A stretch of 63,990 bases of DNA, the filler included, from Catajapyx aquilonaris (lineage: Eukaryota): NCBI GenBank assembly GCA_000934665.2. It is 3 parts of 3 records of this genome, joined end to end, with 100 filler letters (N's around TTAATTAATTAA, not from the genome) between each part and the next. Parts side by side here need not be neighbours in the genome. Positions count along the whole stretch, not along the records: positions 42,835 to 63,990 come from KZ539480.1; 2 more parts are not named here. One strand, written 5' to 3'. The notes beneath the pieces were generated by a model. The model did no database searches and was not told where the DNA came from. It was given only the letters and a program-made list of their open reading frames with translations. The translations under genes were made by a program, and so were the position numbers. Positions 43,601 through 54,839 of this stretch are shown here, in pieces. The first letter of the stretch is position 1; every line of letters begins with the position of its first letter.

Positions 43601-44602
43601 ATGACATAACTGATCATCCATCAGTGTTGTCCAGCTTTGCTATGCCGCACCTTGATGTTGCTTTGTACGGCGCCTGCCATCGTGTCGACGATGCTCCACC
43701 GCTGGGCTGAGCAAGTCTTCCACAGACAAACTGCGCTTCAGCCTGTGTACACAGGAGACTATTTAACGTTCCCGATGAACTGTTTAACGACAACAATCGC
43801 TGTGATTCTGTTCTTGCGTAACGAACTTCTGGTGTGATGTACGTGATGCTCAGGGGCTTCCCTGCAATGCACTGAGTAAATGCAAACGGATAAAGTCCAC
43901 AATAAATGCTTACATTTAGTGTAAAAATGATCGAAATTTATGCTCACCTCTTTCATACGTCCTCAACGTCCGGTGGTACAGCCAACACCAAAATATATGG
44001 GCCGGAACCTGGAACCAACAATAGCAATATTTTAACAATTACATGGGATGATTATATTTACGGTAGTGGTGTAAGTAAAATTGGTGCTGATTTGCGTACT
44101 TACTTGCTAATTGTTAGAAAATTGAACACATGTGGCGATCATCAAATTATGACGCGACCGTACGTGATGATGAACCGGGATGCATCCTCACACTGGTTGG
44201 ATATTCCCATGTGACGTTGCATCACGGAAGGGTATTAATAGCTACCAGGTTTGTATCAGCTTACACTCCAGTTTCTCCACAAATTTATATTATTCAACAT
44301 TTTTATCGTCTTTTCAGCACTTAATTCAGGTCAACAAATAATTATTATCCAAACTCGCTGGCCAATTTGATGTAAAATGTACGGTTATAAGCGCCCTATT
44401 ACCTAATTAGCGATTATCTGATAATAGCCGTGATTTCTCGTAAAACGCGAAGTGATTTCAGGGCCTGGAGAAATTTTCCACTTCTCATTTTCCTTTGGCT
44501 GGAGGACGATCCACTGCGGTGCTCGTTGTGGGCTCCACAGTACCACAGCCATCAGGTGAGACCCCCTTTTCAATGCAGACGTTTAATTTACGAATTTTTT
44601 GC

Positions 44603-44667
<65 letters not shown>

Positions 44668-44760
44668 AGACCTCTCAACTAGGTTGATACCAAATGAGGG
44701 GAACCGCCTATGAAAATGAGGGGGATTGGTTAGTATAATGAGGGGGGTTTCAATGTAAAC
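44603..44760 (-). mobile_element. Probable retroposon 3' end with (ATT)n tail
   Basis: Minus strand CCCCTC...TCAAC-CTA-GTTGA-GAGG-TCTG followed by ~21 TAT units (44603-44666). The microsatellite is certain; the retroposon origin is inferred. Confidence 0.45.
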
Positions 44761-45058
44761 TGACACTGATAATATTCCTGTGTGTCTGGAGATTACTGTA
44801 GGAGAGAAATCTAAGCCTCACAGGTGCATAAATTAATGAAATATACAACAAATTTTGCAAACATTGTGCACAGTTGTTCCCGCCGTAAGTTTCGCGAGAT
44901 ATTTAGTATAGTTTAGTAAAACTACAATTAGCGGGGGAAATGGTGATGCGTGCATGGGGGCGGGGGAAGGGGTCCGAATGCGGCAGTCCCCCGCACAATG
45001 CGGGAGAGTTGAGATTTCTGAATAATGATGGTGATGATGATAATAATAATAATAATAA

Positions 45059-45395
45059 GGGGGAGGCACGGTGGCCGAGATGGTAACGTCTCGGCTTGCT
45101 ATGCGAAAGGTCCCGGGTTCAAATCCCCACCCGGGAGCAAACCTTTCGCTTGCGTCATTGGGTCGTGACCCGCGCCTAAGGAGGCGTCTTGGCAACCTGA
45201 CCTCCTGGGGGACTGCACCTGGCCCACCGCTGGACAATGCACCTGCACATGTGTCCCCTCTCCAAAATCCCCTACCCTTACCCAATTTCCTAGTATTCCT
45301 TGCACCGGTGATTGAAGTAAAAACACAAGAGAAAACTGTATGGTGGTCTGCCACCCCCCAAATAGGCCCTTGATGCCTGGCACGGGGTAAAATAA

Positions 45396-45435
<40 letters not shown>
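45059..45435 (+). mobile_element. tRNA-derived SINE, family S2
   Basis: GGGGGAGGCACGGTGGCCGAGATGG ... GGTTCAAATCC ... CACGGGGTA-(AAT)n tail; homologous to 30139-30434. Confidence 0.9.
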
Positions 45436-45436
<1 letters not shown>

Positions 45437-45795
45437 GCCAATTTATGGCGTTTTTCTCGTTTATTGAAAAACATTGTAGGCTAGTTAGAAGAGTGATATT
45501 AATGAAAAACAATATGCTTCAATATTTAACATTTTAACTCCTTGTGGTCCTTTTGAATTGTAAAATGCCGAAAAAAAATCATCTACAGGCTGTTCCAGAA
45601 AATATTTCAAAGGTGCAATTAACTTTAAATGCAATTAAATTAATTTAAAGTAACTTTAAAATTGTTAGTATGGTTACAAAATAATAATAAAACACTACTA
45701 TCAGAAACTCCAACGAGTCCAGACTTACGGCACACCCGGACCTGGTTCTGACCCCGCGGTAGGGGGGTAAGCTTAGCTCACACTGTGAGGCAGAA

Positions 45796-46084
45796 CCGAA
45801 GCAGTAGTGGTGTAGTGGTATGGTGTCCGACTGCTAATCGGGAGATCCTGGGTTCTAATCCCGGAGGCCGGCGACCCTGACCATGGTTTTCTGTGGTTTC
45901 CCATGGTCCTTGCAGGATAATTCCGGGGTCGTTACCGTAATATAGGCCACAGCCACCTCCTTCCTTCCCTTTCCCTGCTTTATTCTGGTGATGAGAAAAA
46001 GAGTAAAAATGGAAAGAGTTCCAGACAAAAAATTGGGAGAAATCCCCCCCTAGGAAAGCCCGTAGGCTGATAATGGGGTATCAA

Positions 46085-46138
<54 letters not shown>

Positions 46139-46153
46139 TATTATTATTTATTA

Positions 46154-46201
<48 letters not shown>
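45796..46201 (+). mobile_element. tRNA-derived SINE, family S1, with long (ATT)n tail
   Basis: Homologous to 38933-39209. 16-bp TSD ACAC(T/A)GTGAGGCAGAA at 45780-95 and 46202-17. Confidence 0.9.
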
Positions 46202-46203
<2 letters not shown>

Positions 46204-46713
46204 ACAGTGAGGCAGAAAAACTGATACGCCATGGTAGCTGAGCTCCCCTTCTACGACGAGGTGGTAGGAGCACTTTGAGCCTCTGATTGAGCCATTTCTG
46301 TCTAAACTGGAGAGCGCCCAGATCAAAAACCCGCAGATCATCATATGATGCACGTAGGCCTCAAAGGGTTATTTGTCAAATTTTTCAATAGAAATTCGCC
46401 AATTTGGGGCCCCCTGTTTCTGTCGGGGCCATGTTGGCCGGCGCATTGACCCCTGTCCATAATATGTGAAGATTCGATAAGACTTGCCCAAACACACGCT
46501 AATTCTCTCACCCTGAAAATGCAACCACTCAAGACATATGAAAAAGGAAAAGGGCTAAAAATGCGTACAAACAGGGTGTTCGTAAGTTGACCTCGTACAA
46601 TACAGTACTTCTACTTGTTCCCACACATTCTGCAGTGCATATGGTGCAATTGATATTTTTCTGTGTGTGTCTTCCACAGATTTCCCCCCATACAGAGTGC
46701 CACTGGTTGAGCC

Positions 46714-49192
46714 ATGCCAGGCCCGTATGATGGAGTGGGTTGCGTGACATTTGTGAAGCGTGAGGAGGTCCCTTCATCTGAAATCATAGCCTGGATTCAG
46801 ACAAATGTGGACACTGCACATAATGTGCACCACTCCCTGCAGATCATTGGGCCCAAATTGGATGCCAGGCCATCCTATGATCTGGTCCTGCAGCCTGATG
46901 CGATCTACCTTGTTCGATGCCGGGATCTTGTCCGGTACCGCTGCATAGTCCTCCCTGAGGTGCCCTCCCATCCGAGGCACGTTAGGGTGAGGCTGATTGA
47001 CTTTGGTACCGAAACTGAAGCCTCCGTGTGTAACATGCGCCCGTGGAAGGCACAACCTGGACTAGAACAGGGACCTCTCTCATCGCAGCACTTTCTTGCC
47101 GATCTGTATCCGCCTTTGGGGCATGTGTGGGTCGACCCACATTTCACAGCACTGCGAGATGCCCTAGAAGACAGACTTTTTTGCTACAAGGTTGTAGGCC
47201 AACATGAGGGTGTCCCTGTGTTTCAGCTCTTCAGCAAGGTAAATGGGAAGCCATTGAGCGAGGTTTCCCAGCAGGTGGGTCTGTGCGCTAGACGGCCACG
47301 TGCGTACCAGTTCCTGTCCCTTGAGGCTGGGGAGTACCGGGCTTACGTGTCTGAAGCTGCCGGAGGACCCCACTTCTTCCATGTACAGATGGCCAGTTCA
47401 GAAGTGGCTCTGAATGTCATGGGAGCCAAACTATCTGCTTTGAATCTTGAAACAGTGAACCAAGTACCTCGACTGGGTTCACCTGTCTTGGCGCGCTACA
47501 GCCAGGATAGTTTGCCTTACCGAGCCATAGTAATTTCTGCTCTGGATGCACCCACCACTGTACGGTAAGTATCAATGCATCAACGGTCTTCTCAATAGCG
47601 TACTTACACATTACTTTTGTTGTGCAGATTTGTTGATTAAGGCAACTCTGAGCAGGTCGCTAGTCACCAGCTGGCCTTCTGTCCGGACAACTTCTTGGTA
47701 CCAGAGCCCCTTGCAATCCCCTGCAGCCTGAGGGATGCCCATGGGATTGTAGGGAATCATTTTGCGGATATCACTTCCGACATTGAACTGAAAATACACA
47801 TTGTGCGGCCCGCTGATGATGATGTTTATCAGGTGTCCTTGTACCTCCCTGATGGGCAAAGTGTTTTGGACATTTTGAGGTCATGCGGACACGTTGGCAG
47901 CATCGCAGCTGGCTACCCAGAGCGCGAGCCACTGATGGCAGGGGACAGCGTGAGAGGCGTGTGCATCCTCATTGAAGAAAACCACGTCTGGATGCAGCTG
48001 CTGGAGGACTTGCATCGTCTCGAGAGGCTCATGGGGAGGGTCCAGGGCTGTGCCGCTGTTGCACCAGGAAACACCTTGAGTCCTAATCTGCTGTATCCTG
48101 GTACAGTATGTCTGGCTCGCTCATCAAGTGACCGTGCCTGGTACCGTGCAGAGATCATGTCAGACCCTATGGTCAAGTCCGTACAAGTCAGGATGGTGGA
48201 TTATGGATTCAAGGAAGAGGTATCCATTGCTGAAGTACTACCAAAGATGGATGATGACACGCCCAAGACTGCCATACTGATAGAGCTGGATGCCATTAGA
48301 ACTATTCCACATCAATGGGCTCCTAAGCTGATTGAGAAGGAATCGGACATGAATGTGCTGGAAGTGTCAGACGGCAAATATGTGTCAAATCTGATTCTGA
48401 AAGGAAATAAGTGCCTCAATGAGGCACTTGTCCTTGCAGAGTTGCAGAGCCATCCAGTCCCCTGGGTGCCAGAGCTTCAAAGCACGGAGGAGATGTTTGT
48501 TGCCCAGGTCGACCTACCACCTTACATGTATGCCCAACCTCTCAGGTTTATGGCCATTGACTTACCAGCATTAGACAAAGCCTTGAATGAGAAGTACGAA
48601 AAGCTAACAAGGCACCCACGGTACCTGTATACACCGGATGCGTTCGTTGTCGGGAAACTTCCGGAGTCACACGTTGGGGAAGCGTGTGTGGTTTTTGATT
48701 CTGCAACTGGTAGCTACTTCAGAGGAAAGGTAAGTCGTCAATCCGCCATTGCATTGATGGTTTTTGTTCAATGGTCCTCTTTTTGTTGCATTGTAGGTGT
48801 TAAGTGAATGCCCGTCGACCCAGATGATCCGTGTCCGCCTGGTGGACTAAGGACGTGTTTTGCAAGTAGGCCGTGAGATGGTGTTTTGCATGGAGGCTCG
48901 CTTCATGAGGCAGAAGATGTTGGGATTCTGCTGCAAGGTGAACAACTTCCCCCGCGGCATATCTGAGCCAACCTTCAAGAGCGTAATGACCAATGCCAGC
49001 ATGGCCTTCCAAGTGTTGGGGGCAGAAGAAGAGGAAGATGCTCGGGAGATGGTAGTGAGCGTGACCATTCTCAACACAGACCATGGAAGGAAGGTGATGG
49101 CCAATTTACAACCAGCTGCCAGGCGGGCAGACTCGTTCAAGTCTGGCTTCAAGACTAGGATAAAGTGGCCAAAACAATTTGAGCCCCCATAG
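46714..49192 (+). pseudogene. Multi-Tudor-domain (TDRD-type, 4 extended Tudor domains) gene with two in-frame TAA codons; pseudogene or recoded gene
   Basis: Exons 46714-47564, 47628-48729 and 48797-49192 are joined by GTAAGT...AG introns (phase 2, phase 0) into 783 codons. Tudor motifs: RYRC..VRLIDFG; ARYSQDSLPYRA..VRFVD*GNSE; ARSSSDRAWYRAEI..VRMVDYG; FDSATGSYFRGKV..VRLVD*G. TAA at 47638-40 and 48848-50, final TAG at 49190-92, AATAAA at 49451. Confidence 0.85.
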
Positions 49193-49652
49193 TACATGAC
49201 ACATTCCAAGGGAACAAGATGTGTTTGGAAGTGAAGCTATTTTTTTATTGCATTTGGGTACATGCAATTATTTTTCTCATGCTAGATGAAGGTATAGTCA
49301 TGCATTTTTTGGAACCAAATATTTTTTCTACTCGTACTTAATAAGCGTAATGGTAATGCTGATTTTTGTATTTTGATGAAGATTGTGGTGTTACTAGCTG
49401 ATTTTCTTTTCACCAATTGATGCTCGTTTGTTGTTCCTTAAGAGAAAGAGAATAAAACAGGAAAAAAAACATGGCTGCCATTATCATCATTATCAATTTT
49501 ATCATTGTGATTATTCGTAGAGTAACTTGGACTCTTTCCCAGTCCCAGTCATTTACATAAGATAATTATGAAAAAACGGAAAAAAACAGCACCATTGTTG
49601 CCTAAAAATTTTCTTCCCCCACCCAACTAGAAAGAAAAACAAAAAATAACTA

Positions 49653-50254
49653 CAGTAAAACTTCTATAAGTAGAACTTCCCAAGTCGAAGTTCTCTATAA
49701 GTCGAAAAAAATGATGAGCTTTGTAGGTGACAATGTAAAATAATAGGAAATTAACTTCCCCAACTCGAATTTCTATAATTCGAAGTTCTCCATAACTCGA
49801 AGTGCTGACAGGGCCTTACGATGGGATACCAATGCATTTTCAGTCTCCCTAAGTCGAAGCTCATGTTGGCGAGTACGGAAAATTTTCTTATTTCCCCGCC
49901 GAAGGGTCTAGAGTAGGCCACATGTACAGAATGGCTCCATTTCCACATCTCCGTCTACCAGACGTATACCGAAAGAAGTGTTTGACTCGATTGTGACAAT
50001 TCAATCCTTGAATCTATAAGAGTAAGCAAATGTCCATAACCGAGATTTTTTTACAACAAAACAACGAGGAACATTGTAACTGAGATGGTGACAGTTATGT
50101 TTAAGTTTTGAACACCTTTCGTCGCTGGGTATAAAGGTAGGCTTCCTTATAGAGTTAAGTGCTTTAAAAAAATCCAAACTTCTCTAACTCGATTCTTCTA
50201 TAACTCAAAGTTTTTTTCCGGTCCCATGGAGATTCGACTTATGGAAGTTTTACT
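49653..50254. mobile_element. pogo/Tigger-like MITE
   Basis: TA|CAGTAAAACTTCTATAAGT... / ...ACTTATGGAAGTTTTACT, with internal CTATAA(G/C)TCGAA subrepeats and a TTTTTTCCGGTCCC motif near the right end. Confidence 0.8.
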
Positions 50255-50773
50255 AAAGGGTATTTTGTTTGCTAAACAAACCACACAAAAAACCAATCCA
50301 AGAATTTGCGAGCTTCAAATCATCTGCTTTAACTTATTGTCATAAAATAAAGGAAGGGAGATGTCATGGGTGTAACAATTGAAGAGCAAGAAAGCGAATG
50401 AAAGAGAGAGAGAGAGAGAAAATATCTTTCCGACCTTTTGCTCAAAAATCCATCCATCCATATATTTATAAAGTGAAAAAAAGTGTGTCATTCAGGGCTA
50501 GAGAGAGGGAAGTATGAGTATGTGTGAATTTGTGGACATCTGCGGACCTTATTTTTTTGAGGCCTGCAGAGCATGAATTTGAAAACAAATGTGGGCTGGG
50601 TTAAGACAGCCATTGGTGTTCATAGAAGAAGAAGAGAGAAATAAAGTTTTTCCACCATGTCTATCCGTTGAGGGATAAAACACATATGATGGCATTTGTG
50701 TATGTGTTCAGGTCTCGCATAGGGTTTGGGGACCAAGGTTGGTGTTTTGACTGTAGCTCTGGGGCTATGCTCC

Positions 50774-50902
50774 AAATTGTGGGGACATTTCGCGTCCCTA
50801 CAACAAAAACGCCTGGTGGGATACTGCTTCAGTGGGGACATGTCCCCACAACAAAAACGCCTGGTGGGATACTGCTTCAGTGGGGACATGTCCCCACAAT
50901 TT
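50774..50902. repeat. Two perfect 48-bp tandem units inside 14-bp inverted ends
   Basis: Units at 50800-50847 and 50848-50895, each ending in the palindrome TGGGGACATGTCCCC(A). Flanked by AAATTGTGGGGACA / TGTCCCCACAATTT. Confidence 0.85.
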
Positions 50903-51097
50903 CGTTATGTAGGGTTTTACAAAAGTCAATTTTCCTCAGTCTAGGATAGGTAGGGTAGGTTAGGTTAGGTATGGTTATCAGTTTACACTCGCTTCGAAAA
51001 TGTGTTTTTTTCTCGCCCCCACAGCCTATTGGATCCCTGATTGTGTGTGTGTGTGTGGGGCGGGGGGGGGGGGGGNGGGGGGGGGGGGGGGGGGGGC

Positions 51098-51316
51098 ATT
51101 GCTATGCTTGTGAGGTATTTTTTACGCGTTTTCCTATCCATGTGAGGAATTTTGTCATTACGAGGCAGTTTTGCTGCACCTCATAGTGAACAAGGATAGG
51201 GAAAAATTGAAAAAATGCCCCATAAAGACAGTAAAGATATATTTCACCAAAATTTCGTGTTTCCTTGTAGGTTAGGTTAGTTTTAAATTTTGGAAAAACC
51301 TCACAAGGATAGCAAT
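51098..51316. mobile_element. Small MITE-like element
   Basis: ATTGCTATGCTTGTGAGGT...ACCTCACAAGGATAGCAAT inverted ends; internal TAGGTTAGGTTAG. Confidence 0.55.
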
Positions 51317-51570
51317 TCTCTCCTGGGTGTGTGTGTGTGTGTCCGATCAAAGGCCGAGCCATGTGGGCTGAGTAAAGCAGATAAGAGACGGGGGTCAGAT
51401 AAGCACGGACACACACACACCCACACACATGTACCTGTGCAATGGGTTGCATCCAAGCTAGGATAACCTGCGACAATCCTTTTTAGGGCCGTAGTACGCA
51501 ACTGAAAAAATAGCTTGCCTGACTTTGCTTGCAGGGGTACAAGGCAGTTTTTTTCCAGTAATGTACCACC

Positions 51571-51832
51571 GCCGCGCCGGTGCCGGTGGACTAGTGGTAA
51601 GCTCGCTCGCGTCTGGTCCCATAGTTGTGGGTGACTTTTCTACAGGTGGTAGAAAAGTGCCAGTGAGCCTTCCTTCGGTGGGGAAGTAAAGCTTTCGGTC
51701 CCGTGTGCTTGGGACATTGCTGGAGTGCACGTTAAAGATCCCCAGAGCGGCCATTTCCAGGAGGAGGACCACCCCTGGCGTCGGTGTTAAGCCTTAGCAG
51801 CAGAAATAGGCCGACGTTAAGCCCTACTGAAA
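51571..51832 (+). mobile_element. SINE family S3 with Nin/Deu-like central domain
   Basis: A box TGGACTAGTGG; core CCTTCGGTGGGGAAGTAAAGC..CGGTCCCGTG..GCACGTTAAAGATCCCC resembles the Nin/Deu SINE domain. TSD AGTA(A/G)TGTACCACC at 51557-70 and 51833-46. Confidence 0.75.
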
Positions 51833-53460
51833 AGTAGTGTACCACCACCATGATCACTAATAACATTAGCTCCCCAAGTAGTTCCTGCTTTGTTGAAAAA
51901 TCTCCTACTGCATGAAGGGATACAAAAACCAAAATGTATTGGCCTCTTTTGTTGTGATTTTGTATGTCAACAGTGTATTTAATTCAATAAATGCATTTTC
52001 AGCTTTTTGTGTAGCGTATGACGCCCCGATCCACGTGCCTGATCATTCCCAGTTTGTAAAACAGGAGAGGTTCTCATTTTGGAAGCTGGGATTATAATAT
52101 TATTCTGGGGGATCTCGTCCATGCACCCATGTGATTTTGAGGAAGTGTTCCTGCATCTTTGTGCAATACTCGAATCCTTTGTTTTTTTAAGGGAAAGCAA
52201 GCTGTCTTGCCGTTATTGAGGGTGACCCATTCCTTCTGTGCCTTTTTAGGTGAAACGTGAAACCAGACAGTTTAAATATTTGAAATACAGGGTGTCTCGC
52301 TAGGTTTCGATAGGTTTCTCTCCGAAAGAATCGACTATACTTTTCTTACCACTCTACTTGAAATGTGATGTTGGTTTAAAAGTTACCTTAGTTCATGGGA
52401 ATATAGATGTTTTGGTTGGTGGCATGTTTGAATTTTCCGCGCTCTCCTTCTCCCGTCCTATACTGACATCTTGTGTCATTAGTGTAAACTTCTTGCTTTT
52501 TTTGTGTAGTCATTTGGTGGGAACTGGTTTTTACTTTTTTCTGTCTTTCCCACACTTGCAACCAGACCCTGCTCCTGTCCGCACGCACCTTTTGTCTGCT
52601 GTGTAATGTCTTTGTTCCTCAAGTGTATCAGTGTATGCGGATTGGAGCTGGGTTTTACAGTTGGATTACTGACTTTGCTGTATCTGGATTAAAATATATT
52701 GTTTTTTGTCAAAGGAAAGTTTCCGTCTTTTTTTATTGCTTAAATTTGCAAGCTGTTATTGCGCAGCTAACAATATAACTATTCGCAATAACTGCTGTAC
52801 CTGACCATCAACGACCTCCATACTCACTCGAACACAACTCGACCCGACTCTCCTTATTATCGAAGATCCTCCGCAGCATATCCTCATAAATGGTCCAGAT
52901 TGCTGCACTTTTGTTGCTTTCCAAGACTTCTAACCTCGAGGCTCACTGTTGCAAGCACAATTCTTCAAATATCCCCACTCGCGGCTCTTTTGGCAGGTGG
53001 AAACAGGATACCCGGTTTCTTGTGACAAAATCATGGTGACTTTTCCGGTATTTTCAGCAGCCTGTGCTTCACTTTTTCGATTTTTTCTCTATCTAAAGGA
53101 AATCACCTATCACTCTATTGGTCCAAAACACTTGGTGAAGGAATCCTGACTATTCATGTCGATGTGTTCGATAATAAGTCGAGTGCTTGTGACGGTCGTT
53201 GAAAGTCAAGTAGCCTACAGCATTTATTGCGAATAGTCCTACATTCCCATGAACTAAGGTAGGTTTTAAATCAAACATCATGTATCTACTGTAGATAGAG
53301 TTGGAAGAAAAATGCAGTCGATTCTTTGGGCGGACTACCCAGTGATATCGTCGTTAATGCAAAAAATCGTTCAATATATTGGATTTACCCCATCTTTGCT
53401 CTGATTTCTTTGAGAAAGAATCATTTTTCTCCCTTCCGAGAATTCATTCCTTTTCAGTTT

Positions 53461-53496
<36 letters not shown>

Positions 53497-53728
53497 CGAC
53501 ATTTCCCTATGAGGGGTAGTCAGCGATGAAGGGAGACACAAGCTAACCCAACATATGAACTGAATTAAAACCTGTGAAAATAAAACCGGTCCCACACCCC
53601 GTCCCTGCCCATCTCAGACGACAGACACTGAATATTACATTTAATATAACACTATTTATCCCTTTACACTAGCATTAAATGCACTTTCTATGATTACATC
53701 AGTATTTTATTAAAACACCAGACGTGTG

Positions 53729-53799
53729 CTGGGGGCCAGTGGGGGGCGCCGGCAATACTTGCCTTGCCCCGGGCGCTGGCAACCCACGATACGCTACTG
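53729..53799. mobile_element. Single end of a hAT-type MITE
   Basis: GGGCGCC...TTGCCCCGGGCGC...CACGATACGCTACTG terminus; the other end was not found. Confidence 0.45.
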
Positions 53800-54081
53800 G
53801 TTGGAGACTAATATGTATGAGTAATAAAAATTATATTGTATATGATTGTGTGGGAATCGTATGGAAAATTCCAACTGAATCAGCAGTGCAAATGTTATCC
53901 AGTGAGGCTGGCTTCCCGCGTTTCAAGAGAGTCGCAAGGGTAGCTCTTAACAGTCAGGATAACATTCTGTACTGTTGGTTGTACTGTAACGTACTGTACA
54001 GTACTTGAGATCTGACCAGGGATGATCTAACTACATGTTTCAGCTAAAGTCACTTAATTAATCCAACACACTTACAGTACC

Positions 54082-54690
54082 TAGATAGATAGATAGATAG
54101 ATTCTTTATTTCTATCGTACAGAGTACATAGAAAGACACCACCCTCCTCTACCATTACCATTTTTACACACTACAATACAATGTTACACAACTGCAGCTT
54201 TTGAACTGCCATTTAAAAAAACTGGTATAAAGAAAACATCATTTGTGGGGGGATATCCAAAAACAACAAGTGGATTTTGTCGATCGGTACTCTCGTATAG
54301 GCCTATGTATCCTTGCCTCAGTATAAAAACTACAGTTAAACATCATATGGAACAATGTGAACTCGTCCTTACCATTGCAAAGTGTACAGCACTCATCTTG
54401 GAATTTAAAGGCATAATTACACACGTAAATTGTCCTCGACTTGTTTCTTATGTTTATAAGTAATCTCACCAAATGCAGCGACATCCTACATTGCAGATAA
54501 TTTTCTTGCATGCAACCGTTTGTTATGTCCTTGTAATGCGTGTATGCCTTATAATAACCTTATTGTTGTTTGGCTCGATGAGCGTTTCCGATCAGTATAG
54601 CGTCTGGGACAGTTCCAAAGACTGTGTGTGTTACAGTCATGATGGTGTGAGTTCTCAGTTCTGTATGAAACCGTTATGAAGCCGTTAGAA
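54082..54690 (-). mobile_element. 5'-truncated LINE (non-LTR retrotransposon) 3' end
   Basis: Minus-strand YTHYKDI...QENYL...CTLC...TLFHMMFNC (C-terminal CCHC knuckle), followed by AATAAAG and an (ATCT)n tail at 54082-54110. The 5' boundary is approximate. Confidence 0.75.
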
Positions 54691-54839
54691 AAAATCACGG
54701 TTAGAATGAAATCGGAGGTGATTACTGAGGTGATCTGAGGTGATACGCTTGGTACGTGCTGTCACCTGCCTGCCTCCCTCTGCCCCCCCCCCCCGGGCCC
54801 GCCCCCCCTGCCCCCCCTCCCCCCCGTTCCGCCGGGCCT

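Noticed and set aside
44430..45512. ORFs with poly-I, N, L, Y or H runs, and the duplicate ORFs at 30176-30468
   Set aside because: Translations of microsatellites and SINE S2.
50774..50902. CRISPR-like palindromic repeat with spacers
   Set aside because: The spacers are identical, there are only two units, the context is eukaryotic and no cas genes are present.
50952..51281. TTAGG telomeric repeats
   Set aside because: Only 2-3 units each, embedded in transposon-like sequence.
54770..54838. Proline-rich N-terminus of ORF 54756-55115
   Set aside because: A poly-C low-complexity tract, possibly low-quality sequence, and not part of SNAP50.
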